From positions 6,262,001-6,326,000 of the forward strand of contig OZ024755.1 of NCBI GenBank assembly GCA_964016885.1: a stretch of DNA of 64,000 nucleotides. Direction: 5' to 3'. Each line of letters starts with the position of its first letter. The stretch's first letter is position 1. This DNA comes from Eledone cirrhosa. Its lineage: Eukaryota. The translations under genes were made by a program, and so were the position numbers. Positions 27,158-41,169 of the stretch are shown here, in pieces. The notes under the pieces are model-generated. The model did not search any database, was not told the origin of the DNA, and saw only the letters and a program-made list of their open reading frames with translations.

Positions 27158-28431
27158 GTATGTATGCATGCATGTATGTAGTGAAGAGAGAGAGAGAGAG
27201 AGATAGTAAGACGTTGGAAGATAGAAAGAGAGAGAGTGGAAATGTTGAGCGGTAAAGTGAAAAGTAACGAAAATGTTGTAGTAAAAATGCCACATCTTTC
27301 GAGTAAAGAGTATTGTGTTAGAATTAGCTTTATAACATAAAAATGGCTTCCCTTTCAAAACATCAGCCATTAAGTTTATTTGGTTTCTCGTGGCCTTTAC
27401 GGCTTCTGGTCAAACTCACATCTCATTCGCTTTCTCTCTCTCTCTATCTATGTTTTTCTCTGCATCTTTTCTCTCTTATATACTTGCTTAATATCACTCT
27501 GTATCTCTATTTCCCTATCTATATTTCCTTTTCCTTCGCCATTTCTTTCCTACTTCATTCCTTTTTCTTTCTTTCATTGCTTCTATTTCTTTATTTCTTA
27601 TATTTAACCTTATCTTTTTCATCATACATATTCATTCGTGTTGCATATTCAATCGATTTCTACACCATTGTTTACTAATTTTTCCTACTCTTTCAATACG
27701 TACTTTACATTTTCATTTCACTGTTTTAATATTAATTTTCACATCTGTCTCTGTACGAGCTGTAGGACAAATGAGAGTTTTTCTGTAGAGGCAGTTACTC
27801 TGTTACAAAAAAACTGTTGAAATTACTGCTCTTGCTTAAAGTTTGTTGTTGGCTTCCTTAGATTTGATATTTAAAGTATTTGCTATTCTCGACTTAAATT
27901 TCGCATCGGAAATTGTTGGGCATTCTGGTTAGGTTGTTGGGATCCTGAACGTGAGTTGAGTTTGATTCCTGGATCTGATGACACATTGGCTAAGCTGCGT
28001 TCTTCATTGTTAAGATAAAATGAAATGACTGCATGTCCGTGTTCTTTAGTTCACTGGTTGCATTTTGATAATAGAAACCCGTTCTGTTGAAGGGCTTTAA
28101 GCTTGAGCGAACGTTTCGCATAATGCATTAGATAGACAGACAGGCAACCAGATAAACAGATAGAAATGATAAGCATCTGCATTGTGATGTGCTACGTATA
28201 AAAGATTTGAAGAAAAAGATGCTAAACATGGTGATGAGGACTACATGAACGTTGGACGTTATACATGTATAGGTTAGCGGCCTAAAGGAACCCTAATAAC
28301 GAAAAATGAGTATTGGACCAATTGTAACAAAAAGAAAAAAACGAGAGTTCATATAGAAACAGTAGATCAAATGAAATACAACAGTTATAGTATGTATGTA
28401 TGTATGCATGTGTATATATATATAAAAGATA

Positions 28432-28513
28432 CGGTGTGGTAAAAACCAGCTAGACTGTAACCCACCAGAGTACTCGATACTGAGAGAGAGAGAGAGACAG
28501 AGAGAGAGTGTGT

Positions 28514-28546
<33 letters not shown>

Positions 28547-28650
28547 CGTGTGGTCATTCCAAAGGAACGATCCAGACATATTATCGTCTGTGATCTAGAA
28601 ACCTTTAGTAATGGAATAGTTATATTGTGTGTTCACTTTCTAAGTAGGTA
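28432..28650. mobile_element. Family B tail fragment (minus), GA and GTGTGC repeats, then 3' half of the 3517-type hammerhead element (plus)
   Basis: gtggtaaaaaccag...cagagtactcgatact; gaaacctttagtaatggaatagttatattgtgt. Confidence 0.65.
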
Positions 28651-28651
28651 A

Positions 28652-28691
<40 letters not shown>

Positions 28692-28862
28692 CTCTTTAGA
28701 ATGTGGCAAAAATTCACACCTTCATCACACATACACATGTCTATATACATAACTGCTTATGTATGTAGGTATGTATGTATGTATTTATGTATATAAGTGT
28801 GTGTATGTATGTGTGGTTATATGTATACGTGTATGTAAACGTGTATTTGAAATTTTGCGCGA

Positions 28863-28900
<38 letters not shown>

Positions 28901-29249
28901 GCAGATACGTCTTAACAAGGTTAGGTAATCTAGGTGATACTAGAACGGGAGAAAAATCAATAAACTTCAGTTCTATATAGTAAGGCCTGGGTTCTTTTTA
29001 TAAGTATTTATATTCTATATATCTCTTGACACTCAACCTATACTGTTTCTACATATAGCTCCATTAATTAAAACTTTCTGGAAAGCTTTAAGACGTAGCT
29101 GTTTTTCGAAAATTTGAATTATTCAAGTGAATTTGTAGAAAAGGTTTAACCACATTACAAAAGGTTACTTCTAAAACTTGAACCTGAAACAAGGATTCAG
29201 TTTTATGACACTTTCTTATTTTTCAAGCACGAAATATATGTAGAGAGAG

Positions 29250-29601
29250 AGAGAGAGACAGTCGATCGAGTTTTCGTCAAGTCGAACCCAGGAAATCTAT
29301 GTTTCCATTGGTCTTTCCAATTGCTAATACCTTCTATCGGTCGCAACTCTGTGTAGAAGAGGCAACGTGAAATAAAGTGTCTTGCCCAAGACACTTTATT
29401 TCACGTTGCCTCTTCTATCGGTCGCAACTCTGTGTAGAAGAGGCAACGTGAAATAAAGTGTCTTGGGCAAGACACTTTATTTCACGTTGCCTCTTCTACA
29501 CAGAGTTGCGACCGATAGAAGGCATTAGCAATTGGAAAGACCAATGGAAACATAGATTTCCTGGGTCCGACTTGACGAAAACTCGATCGACTGTCTCTCT
29601 C
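29250..29601. mobile_element. Headless CORE-like SINE 3' half arranged as a multi-switch palindrome
   Basis: About 135-bp outer inverted arms; centres tcttgcccaaga and tcttgggcaaga; same tail family as 43081. Confidence 0.9.
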
Positions 29602-29618
29602 TTTTTTTTTTTTTTTCT

Positions 29619-29668
29619 TAGTCCAGAATTAGCCGTAGAAACGGCTTGAGCTTAGCCGTCGGGGTCCT
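29619..29668 (+). mobile_element. Family B hammerhead 3' half fragment
   Basis: tagtccagaattagccgtagaaacggcttgagcttagccgtcggggtcc matches 14006-14053. Confidence 0.7.
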
Positions 29669-29697
29669 ACGCATTCATATATATATATATATATATA

Positions 29698-29942
29698 GTG
29701 AAAAATGGAACGGGAACAAAACAGAGAGGCAGTACGAACAAAGGTGTATTAGTTTCACGCTCTTGAGAGGGGGGCGGGGGAACGACGTTTCGGGCATAAG
29801 CCCTTCTTCAGGCGAAAAGTGTGTGGGAAGAGAGTTCCAAGGGTGTGTAGGGGGTGGGAGGAAACGGTGGAAGGGGTACAAATGAAAATAAATATAAAAA
29901 AATTATAAAAATAAACATGAAGATAAACAAGTGGTGGAAGGG

Positions 29943-29945
<3 letters not shown>
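29698..29945 (-). mobile_element. PLE 3' UTR/tail fragment between TA tracts
   Basis: Contains a hammerhead core; downstream gcgtgaaactaatacacc resembles 46125-46145 and 22530-22567. Confidence 0.7.
29781..29814 (-). ncRNA. Minimal hammerhead core (weak stem I)
   Basis: CTGAAGA-a-GGGC ttat GCCC-GAAA-CG-TC. Confidence 0.65.
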
Positions 29946-29978
<33 letters not shown>

Positions 29979-31234
29979 ATCTGGGGAGGGTCATGTTAGA
30001 ATATTGCCAGAAATAATAAAACACCCACTGTTTGGTTTGGTTTGGTTTCGCTTCTGTATCTTTTATATCTCCATAGTTAATTTATCTGGCAATCAATGTT
30101 TATCATTGACTGACCAACGGTTAAACATACAGATATATATATGTGTATATGTGTATATGTGTATATATGTGTGTGTGTGCGCGCGTGTGAGTGTGTTTGT
30201 CAGCCTGTGTGTGTGTGTACTTGTTTGGTAACTTAATGGAGAAGTATATTAAACTACCATTATATAGAGAAACAAGTGGTAATATTTAAATTTATTCAAA
30301 TTTACATCTTGCTGACAATGCGGGATTACAACTCGTTAATCGATGAGTTAACTCTGTGAATCACGTTTAGAACGCTCTCTTCTGTCCTTGACAGGCAATA
30401 TATTTAAGTATCTACAGTTTACCTAGCTCTATATAGGAAGCAATTCATATCTTTAAACACACGTATACACATGGTTTAATGTGTTTGTATGTATAAGGGT
30501 CAACTTCTCTCCCTCTCTCTGCCGCTCTATCTCTCTCCCTCTCTCTTATATATGCATATTCACATATACATGCATGTACATGAATCTCTCTATGGCAGAA
30601 AACCTGAAGTAGCCACGATGTGAAATCTGTAGTTTGTATTACTTTATGTGAATACATATATATATATATTATCTACATACACACACATATTTACACACAC
30701 GCATAAATATATATCCACATACACATATCCATACACAGACACACACAACTATATGTATATATACATATATATATATAGATATGCATACATACATACATAA
30801 GAATAGCACCCATTCTAGCAGACATTCTACGTCAAAACCGTTTATATCAAACTGTTTATCAGTTTGATATTAAGCTTACGTAACAAGCTCACGTCCTTAC
30901 ATTAATTCGTTATTATGACATAAACTAAACAGTGAATATGATTACCTGACATCTAGACAACTACAAACACATGTAAATGAAAATTGTAAAGTAACGATAC
31001 ACTAACTTGTATGTTAATCGAAAGGAAAAAGTCGATTTCGTGTATTTTATAATCATCAGTAAGTGAACCTTTCAACAAGAATGATTATCGTTTTATGAAA
31101 AAAGAAGAAAACAAAACGTCAGAAGAGATTGGTCATACAAGTTGTAATAGATTAAGCTCTTAACTTTTAAATATTATTACGGAGAATCTAAGAAGGCTAG
31201 AATTCATGTAGGTATATATACATATATATATATA

Positions 31235-31637
31235 GAGATTTAGGTTTCAAGGTTCACCACTGGATAGAGCTGGTCATTCCGTATGGTCAATATTGATGTA
31301 ATAATATGGAGAGTACTCAACGTAAAGCAGCTCAACCGTCTTCGTTTGTGTAGTTGATGATGCGAGTACGGAGTTAAACATTATAATAAAATAACAGGAG
31401 GCTGGACTTGTATAAATCCTTGAAAAGTTTATTATACTATGATCATTTCTATGACCGGGTTCCGTATGAATCCGGTGATATCATCAGGTATTCGAAATAT
31501 AATAAATGATTATTTATATTTCGAATACCTGGTGATATTACCGGATTCATACGGAACCCGGTCATTGAAATGATCATAGTATAATAAACTTTTCAAGGAT
31601 TTACACAAGTCCAGCCTCCTGTTATTTTATTATAATT
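31235..31637. mobile_element. Family D PLE-tail fold-back element (arms 31381-31501 and 31515-31635) between TA tracts
   Basis: About 120-bp inverted repeat with about 4 mismatches; hammerhead in each arm; gagtactcaa in the long arm. Confidence 0.88.
31434..31491 (-). ncRNA. Type I hammerhead ribozyme with palindromic stem III
   Basis: ATAC-CTGATGA-tatcACCGG..CCGGTcata-GAAA-TGATCA-TA-GTAT; mirror copy 31525-31582 has core change CTGGTGA. Confidence 0.8.
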
Positions 31638-31864
31638 ATATATATATATATATAATTACAAGAAACGAAGCGAACTGTGTGGTTACTGGAAACAAAGTTT
31701 AAGATGGTAATATGGACGAAACAAGAGAAGGACCCCTTCGTCAACTGTTGACTGCAGATCATAGATGTTTCGGCGCTTAAAACAAGACATCAAAAGCGAT
31801 CAGCAGCGCGCCCAAGTCCTTTTATCGATCAATATCTCTCTCTCTCTCTATATATATATATATA

Positions 31865-32040
31865 AAAAGATTCCGGATTCAGACGGCAGAGCTCCGAACG
31901 TTCGGATCTAGCTGTCGAAACGGCCGGAGCTCAGTCGTTGGGGTCCTGAATCTTTTCTTATTACCCACTCTGCTACCCCAAGTATCGAATACTCTGTTGG
32001 ATTATAGTCTACCTGTTTTTTTTTACCACACCCTATCTGA
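31865..32040 (+). mobile_element. Family B element with short 5' inverted arm
   Basis: gttcggatctagctgtcgaaacggccggagctcag...accacacc; TA flanks. Confidence 0.8.
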
Positions 32041-32047
32041 TATATTT

Positions 32048-32082
<35 letters not shown>

Positions 32083-32959
32083 GTTTGAGCTGTGTAAAAG
32101 AATGAACTCAATACAAGTGTATATTTTATTCTAGCTACGAACCTACCCGAATCCCTTGCAGACAAAGAGGCTCGTGCTTAAAGCTGCAATAAAAAAAAAA
32201 ACTACATTTGAAGAGTGTGCTTATAGAGATTATTCTTTGTAACCACACTGTGATTAGACTGATGCTCTACCAACAAGCATATATTACCTCCGATACCAGT
32301 TGCATGCACTATTTCTCGCTGCTGAATAGTTCCCTGGTGATACACAGTACCCACACAGATCACGTATCAGATGTAACAACATAGCCTTAGTAGTTGTCAA
32401 CGATATGACAACTTACTACCTGTATTCTTTAAAACTAACACCTCATACATTAGTTTCACACCGTTCGACACCTATTGCATTAATAAATATTTCTAAACAG
32501 AACAAAATTACTTTACGTTACATCTTGTTGTCGTTGAAATTATCTGTTAACCACATCATGACGTTAAGCCTGTTAATTCTGTTTATACGTACGCGTCCTT
32601 TGTGGATTCAGAAAGATATGTAGCCTAGTGGTTAGAGTGTATGGTTTACGATCATATACTTGTGATTTCGATTCGCTGTGGCATTTTAAGGCTTTAAGCC
32701 CAGCAGTTTATTTAACTATATTTCAAAGGTCAATTCCCCACGCTTAATCTCCCTAGGTTAATGGTGTTGATATCAGTGGAATGCTAAGACACTTGTAGGT
32801 TAATTTCAATAGCTGCTCTTTCCTTTGTTTGAACATTTGGAACGCTAACTCTTTTATACGTTTCTGAATATACACATACGTACTTCGTGTATACATAAAG
32901 ACATACCAACCATAATAATATGGCATATATATATATATATATATACAGAGAGAGAGAGA

Positions 32960-33180
32960 GAGGTAGAACACTGGACGGTAATATTAGTAGTGGCAGAGCA
33001 CTCAATCCATGGGACGAGTTTGGTAGAAGTATTAACACAACAGTTAGTTCACCATACCGAGAACAATTGTTTCACCTTATAAGGTCCTGACTCTTTTCCC
33101 ATTACCCACTCTACTACCCTAAGTATCGAGTACTCTGGTGCGTTATGGTGTATCTGATTCCTTACCACACTTCCTTCGTT
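32960..33180. mobile_element. Chimera of a family E tail (minus) and a family B tail (plus)
   Basis: Minus ACCT tata AGGT-GAAA-CAATTG-TT hammerhead 3' half (33062-33085) overlaps ggtcctgactcttttccc by GGT. Confidence 0.72.
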
Positions 33181-33913
33181 TATATATATATATATATATA
33201 TCTGTTCTTGTCTGATGACACTGTCATAAACTGGCCCTCCAACAACACTGCATGTATACTGTTATATTGTTATATTGTTTTTCAGAATAGTTCTCCGCAT
33301 TTCCTACAGTATTTTTGACGCAATTATTGAAACCTTTTAAACAATGAAAATACATTTATCTTGTCAATCAATTTGTCACAATCAATTTAACCTATTGGCA
33401 AGTGAATAATATATTTTTGAATTCCGTGTTTGTAAATCTAGTTTTACAAAAAGGTAAGGGCATTAACTCCTGGTGGAGTCGTAAAAGCGCCAACCTAACA
33501 CACGACGTATCTTTGACATTATATGAACTCCCTCTCCTGAGAATATTACTACATTCATCAATTCATTTTATATGTATATAGTAGGTAGCTGTTATATCTT
33601 TATTAATATTTTCTATAAGTATTTTGAAATTACCATCTATATCAGAATTGTTCTGATGGTTGGTATTTTATATATACTACAACTAAAACAAAGGTTATGA
33701 TTGTGATGGGAATTGCGTGTTATATAGTTTTATATCACGTCGCATAAGCATACATATCTGGTCAAAATTGTGCTCCACAAGCAAAAGATACCAATGTACT
33801 GGGAACATATTTTTGTGGCTCTTCAAACAGGAATACTGGGACACGCATATTTCGGAGCTGTAATTGGTGTGTCTACATTTTGAAAAGAGTGTGTATATAT
33901 ATATATATATATT

Positions 33914-34147
33914 ATAGGAAAAGAGTAAGGACCCCGACGGCTGAGCTCCGTCCGTTTCGACATCTAGATCCGAAACGGCTGGATCTCAGCTGTCGGGGTC
34001 CTACACTTTTCCTATTACACATTCTACTACCCTAAGTATCGAGTACTCTGGTGCGTTATGGTCCACCTTCTTTGATCTGCGGTCGTTTCTAATCTAGCTG
34101 TCGAAACAGCCGGAGGTCAGCCGTCGGGGTCCTTACTCTTTTGCTAT
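33914..34147. mobile_element. Family B fold-back plus partial tandem copy
   Basis: Inverted arms 33914-33960 and 33971-34015, tail to 34068, then a second gaaacagccggaggtcagccgtcggggtcc copy. Confidence 0.82.
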
Positions 34148-34729
34148 AAGTGTGTGCGTGTGCGTGTGCGTGTGCGTGTGCGTGTGCGTGTGCGTGTGCG
34201 TGTGCGTGTGCGTGTGCGTGTGCGTGTGTGTGTGTGTGTGTGACACACCACAACAGAAATGCAAACTCTCCATCTCAATTTTACTTTTGACAATTATAAG
34301 AACCGATTTAGATTTTGCTTTCATCCTTAGAAGGTCTATAAAATAAACTACCAGTTATGTACTGGGTTCGAAATGTAGGAAGAAAATTATTATCATCATC
34401 CTCATTATCGTTATTATTTTGCATATTACCGAGCACAACTGTGCGCCTTGCGTATGCGCAGTGTGATGTATTGTGTTTCTATTGTATTGAAAGTACTCAT
34501 CGTATTTGTGGGGCGCCCTATAGAGCTACTTTTTGTATGCTGTATATCATCATCATCATCGATGACATCGTTGTTATTATTATCATTGTTATCTGCTATA
34601 ATCTTCTTTATCATCTTCATCGCCTTTAGAGAAATCATTATTACCATTCTTATTTTAATAATCATTATTACCATTGTTATAATTATTATTACTATTGTTT
34701 TTTTAAATAAAAGATAATAAAAGAAACAA

Positions 34730-35290
34730 ATTATAATTATTATTTCATCATGATGATGATTGTTGTTATCACCATTGTCATCATAACACCATCATCATGA
34801 CACCATCATAACCATCGTCATAACCATCACCATCAACTATCATCATAACCATCACCATCATCATAACCATCACGATCATCATAACCATCACGATCATCAT
34901 AGCCATCATCGCCATCATCATCACTATAACCATCACGATAATCATCAACATCATCATAACCATCATCACCATCATCATAACACCACCATCATCGTAACCA
35001 CCCCTCTCCATTATCACCATCATCATACCATCATCATCGTAACCAGCCCTCACCACTATCACCATCATCATAAACCTCACCACCATCATCATAACCATCA
35101 TAACACCACCATCATTATAACCAGCCCCTCACCACTATCACCATCATTATAACCATCACCACCACCACCATCATTATAACCATCACCACCACCACCATCA
35201 TTATAACCATCACCATCACCACCACCACCACCATCATTATAACCATCACCATCACCACCATCATTATAACCATCACCACCACCATCATTA
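34730..35290. repeat. CAT/CAC triplet low-complexity array
   Basis: Direct reading. Confidence 0.93.
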
Positions 35291-35337
35291 TAAAAAGAAA
35301 TACACTTTGCAATGATCTCAATTTTGAGTTGATTGTG

Positions 35338-35372
35338 TCAAATATTTCGATCCATAATTCCTTCGTCAGTGA
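35338..35372 (-). ncRNA. Possible decayed minimal hammerhead
   Basis: TCA-CTGACGA-aggaattatggatc-GAAA-TA-TT-TGA; stem II barely pairs. Confidence 0.35.
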
Positions 35373-36093
35373 ATGGCTCCAGAAGTTCAACTCTGGTCTT
35401 CTTGGTTGTTGCTGTTGTTGTTGTTGATGATAGAAGACATTGTTGTAGAGTAATGGGAAAGGTAAGGAGAAAAAAATGACGGGGATTGATGAAACACAGA
35501 AAGGAAGTAAGGAAGGAGATATAAGGGTAGAAGAGGAAGATTATATGCATATACATATTTATGCATATATATATATATATATATATGCATATATACACAA
35601 ATATATATGCATATATATACATACACACTTATATATATAATATATATAATGTGTGTGTGTGTGGTGTGTGCGTGTGAACATACATCCATGCATATATGTG
35701 TATATATACACACACGTACTTGTATAATTTGTATAGGCATAAACACGTTCAAGGTCAAGTAAAGAGAATAAAAGTGAGTGGTATTTATATCGCCATGTTG
35801 GTAGAAAGTGAGAGAATATTCCTGGGGAAAGAGAGAGAGGATAATAAGGTAAAACGAGAGAGGGGGTTGAAGTAAGAGGAGGATTAACAGCGGAAGAGAA
35901 TACCATGGAGAGAGAGAGAGAAAGAAAGGGAGAAGTGAAAGTGAGAGAGTGAAAGAGAGAAAGAGGAGTGAGTGAGAGAGAGTGAGTGAATGAGGAAGAG
36001 AGAGAGAAAGAGGGTGCCACAGAGAGGGAGAGAGAGAAAGAAACACACACATATATATATACATACACACACACATATATATATGTGTATACT

Positions 36094-36152
<59 letters not shown>

Positions 36153-36220
36153 CCACGCACATATATATACACACGCGCACACATATATATATATATTCAC
36201 ACGCATTATATATATGCACG

Positions 36221-36265
<45 letters not shown>

Positions 36266-36269
36266 GCAT

Positions 36270-36302
<33 letters not shown>

Positions 36303-36307
36303 GCACG

Positions 36308-36349
<42 letters not shown>

Positions 36350-36381
36350 CATTATATATATATATATATGTATATTTATAT

Positions 36382-36854
36382 GTAGAAGTTCTATTTAAAT
36401 TGTTGGGATACAACAAGCAAATATTTTTATAACTGATATAAAGCACTCAACAAATAATTGGAGTAAAAATGCGATATTAACAAATATCCGGGAGCTTCCA
36501 ACAGTAATGGTTGCATTATTTAAGATTGGCAGTATCGGTAGAGGGTTGGACGCCATGATTTCTATCTCAGTTACGTCCCTTTACGGTCCGAGTTCAAATC
36601 CCGCCGAGGTTAACTTTGCCTTTCATCCTTACGGGGTCGATAAAATAAAGTACCAGTAATGTACTGGGTAATTGGAGGCCTTGTGCCTAAAGTAGAAACA
36701 ATTATTTAAGGGTATGTCAATATTTATTTATAAAACTGCTCTATATTATATTTTATCTAATGAAAGTACACCATAATTTAACTTGGTGTCCTTGAAATAT
36801 GTATAATGAAATAAATATGGTTTTATAAATATAGTTTCCATTTGTTAATATCGT
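36382..36854. mobile_element. Family A-related fold-back PLE tail interrupted by a SINE; mutated hammerhead at 36749-36813 (+)
   Basis: TATTTTAT-CTAATGA-aagtACACCA..TGGTGTcctt-GAAA-TATGTA-TA-ATGAAATA; cgatattaacaaat (36472) inverted at 36840; agcactcaa 36442; TA flanks. Confidence 0.7.
36525..36703 (+). mobile_element. Meta-like SINE with TSD
   Basis: ATTATTTAAG on both flanks. Confidence 0.92.
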
Positions 36855-36886
36855 ATATATATATATATATTTATATACACACGCAC

Positions 36887-36922
<36 letters not shown>

Positions 36923-36949
36923 GCACGCACATATATATATATACACGCA

Positions 36950-36995
<46 letters not shown>

Positions 36996-37685
36996 CTATG
37001 TGTCTATAGTGTTTAAACTACTTAAAACCAACTTTGCTGTCGACAATGAATATATGGATTTACCTCGCAGCTGTACACAACAACAACAACAACAACAACA
37101 GTAATAGTAAAAATAATAACGATGTTGATAATAATAAAAATAATATTAAAAAGAATTTTAAACATGGTCGTGAGAAAGTCGCCCACAATTTGTGGTGGAA
37201 ACCCTCAGGTTAATTCAACCAGAGTACTTGATCGGTACTTTATTTTCTAGTCTCCAAAAGATTAAAGGGAAGCGCTGATCCCCGTAAGTAAATGCCGGAA
37301 GTGGAATTAAATCCAGACCTCTATAAGTTTTTGTTATACACTGTAATTTATTGAAATAATGTTGAGGGCGATTGATGGTTATGGCGGCGATGGTGGTGAT
37401 GGTAATACTCAAAGTGATGATGATGAATGAATGAATACATATATATATGTTAGAGTGGCTGTATGGATGTCTATCTGTATGTATACGTGTATTCGTGCAC
37501 GTAGTCGCCAATGGAACCATCACGTAGCTACCAATGAAATCTCTTCACGTTCTTCCATTCACTTGGCCTGCCTCTCTGACGTGTAAAATCTCACCTGGAT
37601 GTCCTCGAATGGTCACGCCGGACACAATTGAAAAGGACTCGGAACGACAGAGGCTTAGATACTGAATTCATTAAATACTAATTAA

Positions 37686-37899
37686 TGGTTCCTTATATAG
37701 GCACAAGGCTAGCAATTGTGGGGGAGGAGAAAGTCGATTAAATCGACCCCAGTGCGTGACTGGTACTTTATTTTATCGACCCCGTAAGGATCAAAAGGAA
37801 AAGTTAACCTCGGCGGGATTTGAACTCGGATCATAAAAGGCCGTAACTATGCTGCAAAGCATGGCGTCAGACACTACAGATACTGCCAATCCACCGCCC
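37686..37899 (-). mobile_element. Full-length Meta-like SINE with TSD
   Basis: ttaaatactaa on both flanks; an older degenerate copy follows at about 37930-38070. Confidence 0.92.
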
Positions 37900-38277
37900 T
37901 TTTAAATACTAAATAATATTAATAATAAGGGTTTCTAATTAAAGACAAAAGGGCAGCAATTTGAGGGGAGTTGAAGATCGATTATATCGACTCTAGTACA
38001 TGTAGGAGGCTAAAAGGTAAAATTTCTTCAGTGGGTTTCGTACTCAGAATGGAAAGCATTTTGACTGGCAGTCTCCGACAATCTTATAAAGCAGCACGAT
38101 GGCGTCAAATTAAGTGGTTGGAGAGGGGTTCAGTAGATTAAACAGACAGGACTTGAACTAAGAATAAAAAAGGAATTAACTAAATTACATATAAACATCC
38201 CGTCTACCATTCAACAATGTTTCCTTTCCCACTGACATAAAAGAGTCAGAACAATTAATCTAAATACTGGTTACGTA

Positions 38278-38353
<76 letters not shown>

Positions 38354-38619
38354 TACATCATGTATGTTTATATATAGAAACAATGTTAGTAGTTAATTTG
38401 TGCATGTTTGAAATGATTGAAGGTCGATGCAACTGCAACAGCGCAAAGTAGAAGCATGCTGGTGTGCGCATGCGTGCGTGCGTGTAGGGTGGTGGTGCAT
38501 GCGTGTATATCGACACATGTTTGTGTATATGTTTTTAAGATTCCTCAAGTCACAATTGTTGTTGTGAATTGTATATCGCCTATCAGACTGTTCGCTCTCC
38601 CCACTTCAATGCCTGTATG

Positions 38620-39460
<841 letters not shown>

Positions 39461-39810
39461 CACACGTACAACATACATACACATTCTCTTGTCTTTCTGC
39501 ATGTTTCTTTTGTTCTTTTATCTTCAGTTCTTTCTCTACCATCTCCCGCTACATTTTTACCTTAAAATCTTTGTACTTCTCTCTCTCCATTTTTTTTTGG
39601 AATATATAATTCCTTTCTATTCATTCACTTCTTTCTATGGCAATCCAAACTTCGATGCAGCTGTATCCATTCTCAAGATGTTTCACGAAAACAGAGAATT
39701 AAACAAATAATAATAACAGAAACATGCACGCACTCATACATATATTTATATATACACACATACACATGCATGCACAATACATGTATATATAAACAAGTAT
39801 ATATTTTCAC

Positions 39811-39847
<37 letters not shown>

Positions 39848-40078
39848 CATATGTGTACATTTTAGTTTTTATACATACATATGCATATAAACATTCATAT
39901 ATAGATGCATATCTATATATATATATACATATATACTTATATATTCATCGATATATGTATGTACATATGCATATGTATGTATAAAAACTAATATATATAT
40001 GTATATATATATGCTATATGTGTATATATATATATATGTCAATATATTATATGTGTATATTTATATCTATATATTATG

Positions 40079-40118
<40 letters not shown>

Positions 40119-40914
40119 TATGTGTGTGTGTGCGCGCGTGTGTGTGTGTGCGCGCGTGTGTGTGGCTGTGTGTGTGTGTGGCTGTGTGTGTGTATGGCTG
40201 TGTGCGTGCGTGTGCGTGCGTGCGCGTGTATGGCTGTGCATGTATGTGTTTGTAAAGAAAATTATTATATAACAATATAACAACTATAACAAATATAACA
40301 AATAACACTAAGAAAGTAAAGCTCGATGTTCGACGATTGAAATAATAATGAAAACATTATTCTTATATTGAATAAAGATGAAAAGATATAAAGATATTGT
40401 GGATGAAAATCATCCGAAAATACATGTAAAAATATGAAGAACTGTGAAAGTATGTTAGAAGAAACGATGGGAAGATGAAAGGAAAGAGGAAAATAAATGA
40501 AACGGAAGAACGAAGACTGGGAATATGAGAATAAAAGAATGAAAGAATACTGAGAAAGAATGGAAGAAAAGAATGAACAGCTGACATAAGAAAGATAAAA
40601 AATATATCGAAATATGGCCACAAAGAATAGATACGAATGAATGAATTAGGAGATTTAAAAAATATAATATAGTTAAATAGGAAATAGACGAACACCAAGT
40701 ATTTTAAATATCGGAAAATTCAAAATATAAGTTAAAATATTGAAACATATTTTGGTATTCCAATGCAAAACAGAAAAACCTGGAATGAGCAAACGAGAAA
40801 ACAATACAAATTTCAAAGAAAATACAATTAGATAATAAGGTAATATGACGAAGCATTTAGGCAGGGAAGATCCCGATAAAATAAACCCTATATTTTTTTG
40901 TTGTTAAAGTAGAT

Positions 40915-41169
40915 GTGTGTGTGTGACAGCTCACACCTATGCAGGTTTAGCTGGCCTCCTCCAAGGTATATCTCGTTGGAGGTGGCTTGAGTGATTTTAA
41001 TAATAGGGACCCCAGTCCTATCATCTCATTTCTACAGCTGAGTAAACTGGAGCAACGTGAAATATAGTGTCTTGCTCAAGGAAACAACACATCACCTGGT
41101 CCGAGAATTGAACTCACAATCTTTTGATTGCAAGCCCAATGCTCTAACCACTAAGCTATGCGCCTTCAC
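40915..41169 (-). mobile_element. Full-length CORE-like SINE with (CA)n tail and 13-bp TSD
   Basis: Head gtgaaggcgcatagcttagtggttagag, core ccttgagcaagacactatatttcacgttgctcc; TGTTAAAGTAGAT on both flanks. Confidence 0.9.

Noticed and set aside
29203-29649. Two near-identical 63-aa ORFs on opposite strands
   Set aside because: By-product of the SINE palindrome
31030-31065. Minus-strand CTGATGA...GAAATCGA
   Set aside because: Stem II mismatched, no stem I, no UH site
32620-32682. tRNA-like sequence
   Set aside because: A/B boxes only, with no cloverleaf or acceptor stem; a SINE head. The same applies to the other SINE heads.
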